Assembly: GCA_964247055.1 (NCBI GenBank)
Contig: OZ176051.1
Coordinates: 13,020,001 to 13,084,000 of the forward strand
Length of the DNA: 64,000 nucleotides
Source: Paragordius varius
Taxonomy: Eukaryota > Animalia > Nematomorpha
Direction of reading: 5' to 3'
The notes under the pieces are model-generated. The model was not told where the DNA came from, ran no database searches, and was given only the letters and a program-made list of their open reading frames with translations. Positions 25,976 through 37,800 of the stretch are shown here, in pieces. The position numbers and the translations under genes were made by a program. Position 1 is the stretch's first letter; each line of letters opens with the position of its first letter.

Positions 25976-28900
25976 ATTTATATATAGAAGGGACAACAAC
26001 AGTACCTATCCCAAGTAATGTCCATTTACTATTTTTAATATAATCTTTTTTTGTGCAAAATATTACCTACCCTTTTAAATCACTACTAATTTTACATGTT
26101 ATAACTCATGTTTGCATGCTTTGAAGGCGGTGATATCTGTGATTGGATGACACAAAATGGAAACTATTCCATTCAAACCATTGTTCAATCAAACTCTGCT
26201 ACTTGCAAGTAAATACTGACGTTATTTTTTACTTGATTTTAAGGAGAATTTGTGCGAATACGTAAAAATATGAAAAATTAAAATATAAATGATATTTATC
26301 TGCAACTTAAAATATAATCTTGTTTTATGTCAGGTATACGGCTTGACCGGGTACATTATTACAGTCATGTATCCTTAATTTGATCAAAAATTTATTTTTC
26401 TGTTAAATGGGAAGTATTTGGTAAGGAATGGAAAAAACAAAAGCTCTATGATATTAACAATATCATATTTATCGAAAAGTATAAGAATTACCATAGAGCT
26501 CTTGTTTTTTCCATTCCTTACCAAATACCCATTTAACGTAAAAAAAATAAATTTTTAATAAAATAAAGGATACATGACTCTATATAAATAAACCAAAAAA
26601 TAATTTGCTCCCTATAATAATTTATCTACTGTTTTATATGTTAAAGGGGTACATTATATTTGGAACGCGTTGACCAAAAAATAACATGGATAATTGATAA
26701 CCCAGACATTTTTCAAATGTTTACACCGCTTACGAATGAGAGTTACTCCAATGCCTATGATATTTTAACAACAATCTTTTTCCTGAAAACCAAATACGAT
26801 ATTTCCTTCAAAGCAACTAGCAATGTATATCTTTATTCAACACTATATAATTAAGAATCAAATCTAATTAGAAAATGTTTTATAAATAATATATAACATA
26901 TAAATGTGCTTTGACCGATTCGAGTTTAATATTTTTATTCAGTAACGGTTTAATCTTTTTGCATTTTTTACATTTTCGGTGGGATCGAATATTGAAAAGA
27001 AAACAAAAATTTCCGAAATAGCGTAAAATATTACATTGTCGTAATAAATAAACATTTTCCCCTTACACCCGAACATTAATTTTTTTAAATTTATTGCAAA
27101 CAGAGTTATACACCCCCATGCCACTATTATTGATAATATATATTAAATATAATTTTTGTCATATTAGCTTGTGTTAAAACCCCGCGCAGGCGCAAGCAAC
27201 GATGACATTGCCATGTGCAAAATTGTTATGGAATCGGAATTATATACAGAATGCTTGTACCCGGAAGATTTGGCTAACATTGTATGTTATATGAGCATAT
27301 ATTTGTATTGTTGTTGATTACTTTTAGCAATTTGTGTGAGGGGGCATGCATACCAAATATATGATATTTGACAAGCTTATAAATCTATTTTAATTAAGTC
27401 TAAGGTCTGATTATCATGCCATTTCCTATAACATATAGGTAATTAGTATCTTTTGAATTAAGACCATTAAAGTATATAAAATACATAACATGTAATTATA
27501 AATCACCATTATGAAAGACATATAATGCAACGGTATATTGTATTTTGCGATTATAATTTTATAAATTTACAGGAGAGTATTAGACAATTGGAAGATGGAA
27601 TCGAATATGTCGTGAAAGAGAACGGAAAATCGGTTGTAAAGAAATGGGAAAATAGTTTCATAACCAAATTGAACAAAGAAGCCTTCCAAATTGAAGGCTC
27701 CGTTCATAAATTTGATATTATCCTTAAGGATTGTGGTAAAATACTTTGTTTAATGTAAAGGCAAATCAATATCAACCCAACAAAAATTGTTTTGTTTAAA
27801 TTCACCTTTAAATAGTTATGATGTTTAATTCAAAAATAAATATTTTAATCTATATATTAAATGGTTATACCTTTTTTTTTTATAAAAAACACGATGATGC
27901 ACTTCAAATTGTTAATTATTTATTAGATAATTTGATTGTAAAATTTGATAATAATTTTAGATGAAAGCCGAACCACAACAGTAAGTACCACAACATCGAT
28001 CATGGAAACTACAACTTGTGATCCAAGTATATAAGTTTTTTCATTCACTTTGAAATACATAAAACGCTGCATTCCAAAACTGTGTGTACTCATAGCTTAA
28101 TTTTTTAGGGGGAAAATAATCTTAAACTGTTTATTTGTTATAATTAGGAGATAAATAATCTTTCCTGGTAATTAAATATCTAATTTGTCAGTAGGATCAA
28201 TAAAATGTTGTTTTAATGGATATTTTGAAAGTAATTCTTTAGACCAGGGGTGTCAAACAGATGGTTCTTGAAAATTTTGAATGGCTCTTAAAAAAATTAA
28301 AAATTTTTTTTTTGCAAAATGGTTAATTTTTAAGTGGCGATGTTAAATTTAAATTTTGTAAAAAATAAAAATTCTAAATTGTTTTACATAAAATTTTTTA
28401 TAATTTTTTTTATAATTTTTATCACATTTATTTAATTATCATTTCCTTTGAAATTCGAATATCTAAAATACTTGCTTATGGCTAACTTTTTTTGGTAATT
28501 ATTTAGTGAAAGGCCATATTTCTGAAAAAGACAGTCCCATTATTAATATAATCTATATTATTGGAGTTTAAATTACTTATTCGATTGATAATTGTTAAAC
28601 TTGATATTATTAAAACATCTATATGATTTATATTAATCCAAATGTGGCTCTTTGGATTTTTGGGGTCGAAATAACTCTTAAGCCATTTTTGTTGGGTTAC
28701 CCTGCTTTAGACAAAATATTTTTTAACATTCCACAAAAGGAAACAAACTTTAAATACTTCTATTTAGTCAGTAGTTTTTTGAATTGGGAATTGTAAATCA
28801 TAGATTTTAAAATTTAAACATTAAAAAATGATAAAAGTCTAGCATTGAAGCAAATCATATCATATAACATTTTTTAATTCGCTATGGCCATTATATGTGG

Positions 28901-31783
28901 AAATTAGTTTTATTTTGTGAAAAATAATATGAGTTATTTGGGTTGAAATGTAATAAAAATATTTACATATTAACGTATATTTCATATAACTAAATTCAAA
29001 AAGTTATAGCATATATTATATATATTATATATATATATAATATATATAGATACTGATCCATGTGAGATTGTGAAATCAAATGGAAATTATAATTTAAAGA
29101 AACTTGTTGGTTGCAAATCCCCATCATGCGAGTATGTATACTAGTTTACTTAAAAATTAAACGACAATAAGCAATATTTCTTGTGTCTGTGAAATATTTT
29201 TCCAATATATTTATCATCTCTGTAAACCTTTTACGTTTTAAAGTAACAAAAATGTTTTTTTTGTTCAAAAAGGCTTATTTTAACATCCACTCTGTTTGCA
29301 ACTTTTTTAGTTATATTTTACTCCATCTCTAATAGCATAAATATTAAGATTTTAGCGTGTTTGATTAAACCTTTTTGGACAAAATCCTCATTATGAACTT
29401 TTTAAGTACTCTTTTGATTTTATGAAATATATAATTGCATGTTTTGCATGAACACAAATTTATAACGAATTAAAAAAACAGCTGGCTCTTATTTAGTTTT
29501 TTTGAGTCTCCCTATATGAAATCTTACTCTCATTTTTTGAAGGTGGTGTTATTCATAAATGCGAAAATTATAAAAAAATTGACACTAGTTTGTGTAACTG
29601 ATTAATACAATAAGCTTCTTAAAAAATTTATGCCTTATATATTAAAAAGTAATTGCATAATAGCGGAAGTAACTTATTTTTACTTTTTAAACTCCATATA
29701 ATATAAATATTTTAATTAAAAAACGAAATAAAAACATTTATCCTGAGTTTTTATAATTAAATTTTTTATGTTGACAATTTATCATTTAATTTTTTGATGC
29801 CATTTAAGATATAATGACAACTTTCGATTCACCCAAAATAATATAGAAATAGATTATCTACATCAATTTGTATAAAAAATAGTATTAATATATCAATGGT
29901 TGTGTAAAAATAATCCCTATTTTCGTTTTGCTAGCAAACACTTTTTCATATATAAAACACCCAACTATCGTGATTTTTTGGGGAATTATTGCGGTTTATC
30001 AAAATTATGCAAAAAATATAAAAATTATGCATTTTTCAAAAATATTTTTTCTGTTGTCAAAATAGAGCATATTTTAATATTATCGCAAATCTCGTGGCGT
30101 TTGTTTTGAGAAATTAATTTCGGAGGAGGTGAGTTGACTTCTAAAAAATCAAATTTAATTATAACATTACTTTGTTGCTTTTAAATAATAGCTTATAATG
30201 TATTTGTTTTTTCCATACACTGTGTTGCAAATTGCCCAACTATAGTGTGTAATAAGCACCCATTAAAATGCATAGTAATTTTAAATGAACCATTAGTTAT
30301 TACCTAAAATATTTTATTTAGTATGACGTGCAATTTTGAATTTTTGATATAAAAAATCACAAAAGTTGTATTCTTAAATTATTCCCAAGGTTCAAAAATT
30401 ATGAGATTGATGCACTCTATCAGAATATATACATATATTTTGTATCAATAAAATATTTTTACACCCGATTTGTCAACTGTATTATGCTATTTTTTAAATA
30501 AAAGCTTAAGGCTTCCTTTTAAAAAATATCATTAAAATATAAAATAAATATAATTAAAAAGACCAAAATTTTCATGTTAACCATTTGCGCTTCGAGATTG
30601 TCCTTTCTATGGCCCTTGAACATAACAAGTATCCTTTAACACTTCAAGTTCTTCAACCTAATAAGTTTAGCGTTAACTATTGTTGAATGACTAACTTGAA
30701 TTAGGAATAACTTGATGTTGACCATGAAATGTTCAAGGACCGAAGCGTTCAAGAACACTCTTGAGGTTTAAATGGTATAATTTGTAAAAAAAGTGTATTT
30801 TTAAAGCAAATATATTGCAAAAACTTTTCTTTTGATCGCAATATCGGTTGAGTTTTCTAAAGAAAACTAGCTCATTTGAGGGCCCATATTTTAATTTCGG
30901 AGGTCTTGATCTAAACACCTAAAGTAAATAGTTGCTTTTTATTTGATATATCAAGAATTTTAAAATAATTAACTTCCACCAAAACGGATAATGTGCCAAA
31001 ATTTTGGAAATAACTTTCTAATCACCCTAAAGTCCCAAGACCATAGCCATCAAGATAATGCCGATGTTCTCACTATAGATCATCTGTATATTATTTTTGA
31101 CTGAATATAATATAAACATCTGAGAGTATACCTCAGAATTAGTTTTTTTAATTCAAATTCTCCTCCAAACTTATATTTGAATGTGATTGCAAAAATATTA
31201 ATAGTTATATGCCTTTTAGAAATATATAAAATCCCTATACATACTTTGTTAATAATTTATATTATTCTTTATCAGACATGAGCTATATTTAGAAAGAGAA
31301 AATGGAAAGGTGGTATGGCCAATCGGAAATTCAAGCGATTTTTTTAAGATTTTGGGGGATGGAAATATCGAAAATCAGGAATTATACGGAACCTTAACAA
31401 TACTTTTCTATATTAGATCAAAATATTATTTGACATTTCAAACAGATAGCAACGTATTACTTACAAATAATATTAGGTTGTATTGACCCCTAGAATTAAA
31501 AGCAACAATGACGAAAAAATCATGTGTCTTTTATTCATTGAAAAACATATATTTACGGATTGTTATGAAGCAAGAGAATTAAAAAAAATAGTATATTATA
31601 TAAATAATATTAGAACAAAATATATCAAGATAAAATGGATGTTACAATGGAAACAGATGGGACAATAAGGCGGATAAAAAATGCCTATATAGTATATTTG
31701 AAAAGAGATGAATTCGATATAACAGGAACAATGCACAAATTGGATATAATAATAAAAGAATGTGATGTAACGACAACTGGTAA

Positions 31784-31814
<31 letters not shown>

Positions 31815-34800
31815 CGTCTTTTATGAATTGGCTAGCCATTGAATCCGTATAGACCCGGATTCTAACACAAATGGTTTAATAATTTCGGCAGGTTGCATAT
31901 GCAATATAGATGGGCTTCATAATAAATCATTAAATTTTAAACATAAACTGCAAAATGAAAATGAATGCAACAATTTTTTCTCATTTTTGCTATATGGATG
32001 GACTCATTTAAAAAAATGCCTAATATTAATTTACTAAGATTTGAGCCTATTTTTGCAAATTATGGTTTCCAAAATTTCGCGGGCCGCACACAAAGTCTCG
32101 AAGGGCCATGTGTTGGCCACCCCTGGCTATAGACTATAGAAATTGTCTGTAATATTAACGATCCTACCAGGTGTTAGCTTCAATTTAGCAACTCTTTTAT
32201 TTTTTTCTCGGCTAAAACTTTCTACCTCTACGATTGTTTCCATCAGGGTATAGGGATAAAATTATTTTTTCATTGATATGAAGCACGCTTGATGTGTCCA
32301 AAATACCCCACTCTATTTCTTATGAATATTATATTTAAAAATTTAAATTGGTAGAGTTGGTGCTAGTTTGAATCCGAATTATTGGAGTCAAATAATTATA
32401 ACATTCACTTTTCCATCATGTTTTCTCGATTGAATCTGTCATTGATAATACGATTTTATTGATTTATGGGAAACCTGCTTTGTAGACCAGGCCTTTGTTT
32501 TTGCATATATATGTTTATTTTTGTAAATTGAGTTTATGGTATTTTACTCAAGCCTGTTGGGATAGTGATTTGTCTGTTTCACCTAAGCAAATATGACATT
32601 TCCCAAATTAAAATTGTTAACCACCTAAGGTAATTTAGGGAAGTGGGTGAGGCATTAGTTTTTTTGCATGATTTGGATAAAAATTTATCATTAATGATTA
32701 ATCTTTCTTATAAGCAAGCACTTTTTGTATACCCATTTATTGCAAGGTGTGCATAGTATTAAGTTAATTGTTTATATTTACATATTCCACCTAGAAACAT
32801 AGCTGTTTTACCCTTTATTAGCACCTTTGTTTTGCTTATTTTTATCATCATTGTACCCATAGGGTCATATTAATGCGTTTTTTAATTTAATTCCTTCATT
32901 TATGTTGCGAATGAGAACGATCACAGATAAGTTCCGATGATGGGCCTTATTTTATATCTTTTGTAATTAATCCATTATTAATATGATAATATAGATTTTT
33001 AATGAAGCCCTGACGCGTTGACAAAAGCTGTGCCTAGTGTTTATATGACGCAGTTTGTTGTTTTATAGCATATCATTTCTATTGATTTAAACTAATCATC
33101 TACGTTGTTGTATCCCAGTGTGGATGGTATTAACTTCCTGAGGATATTACAGCAGAGTGTAGGTCTATAAAATGTGATATTTTTATATTTTGGATAAATC
33201 TTAAAATATTTTAATGAAAAAACATATCGTGATACTGTTAGGTATGCATATTGAGATTTATGTATGCTAGATTGATCTCAGGATTCGATAATAGATCCGA
33301 ATCTCTTGTTTTTACAAATGGGTATAATAGTATTTTTTCAATCTTTAGGACAATTTGCCGACAGGATTTAGTAACATATAAATCCGTCAAGGTCTTCAAT
33401 ATTAAAGGTAGCCGAGGATGTAGGATTAGATTTTGGATTTCCAAGAGGTTTAACAAGTCGCATCTTTTAGTTTTATGTCTAGGAAGGTTTGATCATTCAT
33501 TGTGAAACAGGTTTTAGTGAAATGTCCTGGTCTCGATCTTGTAGAAAGATTGCAGTATAAGCGATTATCAGATGGTCTGGTAAATGTTCCGTGCCAGTTT
33601 TACCGGCTCTGATGTGGTATTCGAAATCAGGGATATAAAGATTTATGGGTTAAATTTATTTTGAAAGCTGTAAAGTTACTATTAAAGGTAGACGCTTAGT
33701 TTTTTTGATATCGATGCAAAATTGTGATGTTTAATTTTTTCACTGGTCATTCAGCGCCATAAGTTAGGGCAGGTCGTATGATTCTAGTAAATATTTTCCC
33801 TTTACTTTCAAATATATTTATCATTTAAAATCTGTTTCAATAAATAATATTTCCCCAAGCTTCTTCTATGTTTAGGCTCTATTGATTAGATGTAGACATT
33901 GTGGTATAGCTTTTTGTTGTCGGAGTTGAGTTCATATGGACCTGCTGCTTTATCATTTTCTCTTGATTCATCTCTTACAGTGTTTGTTAGGTATTGGATT
34001 GTTGGTGGTTGGTTTATTGGATTAAAATTTGTGTTTCCATGAATTATTTTCGGTAATATGTGATCCGGACATTGTTATGTCTCTCTAATCAATTGATATA
34101 TTTTTATTAATCTTAATATAGACAACCTGTTTAATGTCCTTTTCAATATTGTTAATACATTTACTGTTCTAACAATCTTAAGATTTTTGTCTAGTTTTAG
34201 TTTTTAGGTAAATCTCAAGGTTTTTTGTTGACTGAAATATTAAATTGCTCTAAATTTTTATTTTATCTGATATATGGTTTTAAGTCCCTTTTTCTTTTCT
34301 TTTGTATTATTGATATTTATTAGAGGTTTTAGATTCTGACAACCACCAATTATGTTGTTATTTCCGGGATGTTTTCTTTATGCCACAAAACAGTATATTG
34401 GGAAGATGTTGTTTTTAAGATTATTCCAATTTTGAGATGTTTGTTGGATAAGGCTAAGCGTTGCATTAACATTTTGTGAGAGTTTAACTTTTACATCTGA
34501 AAGGTGTTTTCTAACTTTATTTTTATTTTTTAGTTGTGACGCCAACGACGACAGGATCACCTTTCAATACAACAACAACGGCTTCAACACCTATAACCAC
34601 ACCATCGGGACAAACAACTCCCTCTGGTCAAACAACTCCATCTGGTGTAACTACACCATCTGGTGTTACAACGCCTTCAGGGGAAACCACGCCCTCTGGA
34701 GCAACAACCCCATCTGGTCAAACAACTCCTTCCGGCTTAACGACACCTTCTGGTGCAACGACTCCATCTGGTGTTACAACGCCTTCAGGAGCTACCACGC

Positions 34801-37800
34801 CATCTGGACAAACAACTCCATCAGGACAAACTACACCATCAGGAGCTACAACGCCATCAGGTGAAACTACACCTTCTGGACAAACAACTCCTTCCGGTCA
34901 AACCACTCCATCAGGTGCTACAACGCCTTCAGGAGAAACAACGCCATCCGGGCAAACAACTCCATCTGGTCAAACAACTCCTTCAGGTCAAACTACACCA
35001 TCAGGAGTGACCACACCATCGGGTGAAACTACACCCTCTGGTCAAACAACGCCGTCTGGTGAAACGACTCCTTCAGGTGCAACTACACCTTCCGGTCAAA
35101 CAACGCCATCCGGTCAAACCACTCCTTCAGGTCAAACTACACCATCTGGTCAAACCACTCCATCAGGTGCTACTACGCCCTCTGGTCAAACAACTCCATC
35201 AGGTGCTACTACACCTTCCGGTCAAACAACTCCATCCGGTCAAACAACTCCTTCAGGTCAAACTTCACCATCTGGTCAAACCACTCCATCAGGTGCTACA
35301 ACGCCTTCAGGAGAAACAACGCCATCCGGTCAAACAACTCCATCTGTTCAAACAACTCCTTCAGGTCAAACTACACCATCAGGAGTGACCACACCATCGG
35401 GTGAAACTACACCCTCTGGTCAAACAACGCCGTCTGTTGAAACGACTCCTTCAGGTGCAACTACACCTTCCGGTCAAACAACGCCATCCGGTCAAACCAC
35501 TCCTTCAGGTCAAACTACACCATCTGGTCAAACCACTCCATCAGGTGCTACTACGCCCTCTGGTCAAACAACTCCATCAGGTGCTACTACACCTTCCGGT
35601 CAAACAACTCCATCCGGTCAAACAACTCCTTCAGGTCAAACTACACCATCTGGTCAAACCACTCCATCAGGTGCTACAACGCCTTCAGGAGAAACAACGC
35701 CATCCGGTCAAACAACTCCATCTGGTCAAACAACTCCTTCAGGTCAAACTACACCATCAGGAGTGACCACGCCATCGGGTGAAACCACTCCATCAGGTGC
35801 TACTACGCCTTCTGGTCAAACAACTCCATCAGGTGCTACTACGCCTTCAGGTCAAACAACACCATCTGGTCAAACCACTCCATCAGGTGCTACTACGCCT
35901 TCTGGGGAAACAACGCCATCCGGTCAAACAACTCCATCTGGTCAAACAACTCCCTCAGGTCAAACTACACCATCTGGTGTAACCACTCCATCAGGTGCAA
36001 CTACACCTTCCGGTCAAACAACTCCATCTGGTCAAACAACTCCCTCAGGGCAAACTACACCATCTAGTGTAACCACTCCATCAGGTGCAACTACACCTTC
36101 CGGTCAAACAACTCCATCTGGTGAAACAACTCCTTCAGGACAAACTACACCATCCGGAGCTACCACGCCATCGGGTGCAACTACACCTTCCGGTCAAACA
36201 ACACCATCTGGTCAAACGACTCCTTCAGGTCAAACCACACCATCTGGCCAAACTACACCTTCTGGTGTAGCCACTCCATCTGGTCAAACAACGCCCTCCG
36301 GTCAAACGACTCCATCAGGTGAAACTACTCCATCTGGTGTAACTACACCATCTGGTCAAACAACTCCTTCAGGACAAACCACTCCATCTGGTGTTACAAC
36401 GCCTTCCGGAGCTACCACGCCATCCGGTGAAACTACGCCTTCTGGACAAACCACTCCATCAGGTGCTACTACACCTTCCGGTCAAACTACCCCATCTGGT
36501 GCAACAACACCATCTGGTGAAACAACGCCCTCCGGTCAAACCACTCCATCAGGTGTAACGACGCCATCCGGACAAACAACTACTTGTCCGCCAAGTATTA
36601 AAAATATTTTTATAAAATTTTAGCCATTGATATATGTGAATTGGTGACGGAAAACGGTAATTACAGTTTGAGTGACTTAGTTGGGTGCACGTCTCCCTCT
36701 TGCAAGTATATTTACCTTTCTAAAAATTTATTAGGGATGATATTTATTTGGAACGCGATGGCGACAAAATTATATGGCCAATTGACAATCAAGACATCTT
36801 TGGTGTATTTAATCCATCTGACGAAGACCAAGAAGAATTATATCAAACTCTCACCATTCTTTTCTACCTTAAAACAAAATTCAATCTTACATTTATTGCG
36901 GATAGCAATGTAAGTCATATTACACAAACATTTATAAATATGAAATGTAAAACGTCCAATATATATGACATAATTTTTTTGAATATTTAGCTTGTATTGG
37001 TAACAAAACCAAACATCACGGATTACAATGAAATAGCAATTTGCAGTCTTTTCATTGAAAAGGATATCTATTCTGATTGCCTGTACCCACAAGATATTGA
37101 AGATAAGGAAATAGTATATAATATATGTTAACATTGTATAGAAACAAATCGAACAATTACAAAATGGAATCAAAATTACGACTAATAACGGCAATGAAAA
37201 AATTATCGAAAATGCTTTTGTCATTCGCGCTAACAAAGATGTTTTCGAAGTTTCTGGGGACAAACACAAGCTCAATATTGTCTTGATTGACTGCGCAAGT
37301 AAGATTCATAATGAAATATCGAAAAATATTGTTATCAGTAAATAGTTGTTTCATGCATTTATATTTGTTTTTCATATTAATACAGATGTAACGACAACAG
37401 GTATTTCTTGATTTTATTAATTTTTTAGTTGTGACGCCAACGACGACAGGATCACCTTTCAATACAACAACAACGGCTTCAACACCTATAACCACACCAT
37501 CGGGACAAACAACTCCCTCTGGTCAAACGACTCCATCAGGTGAAACAACTCCATCTGGTGTAACTACACCATCTGGTGTTACAACGCCTTCAGGGGAAAC
37601 CACGCCCTCTGGAGCAACAACCCCATCTGGTCAAACAACTCCTTCCGGCTTAACGACACCTTCTGGTGCAACGACTCCATCTGGTGTTACAACGCCTTCA
37701 GGAGCTACCACGCCATCTGGACAAACAACTCCATCAGGACAAACTACACCATCAGGAGCTACAACGCCATCAGGTGAAACTACACCTTCTGGACAAACAA

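Noticed and set aside
27991-27996. Consensus donor GTAAGT inside linker exon 27961-28026
   Set aside because: Its use would be phase 0 against a phase-1 acceptor and cause a frameshift. The downstream donor preserves frame and the TTTC-P motif.
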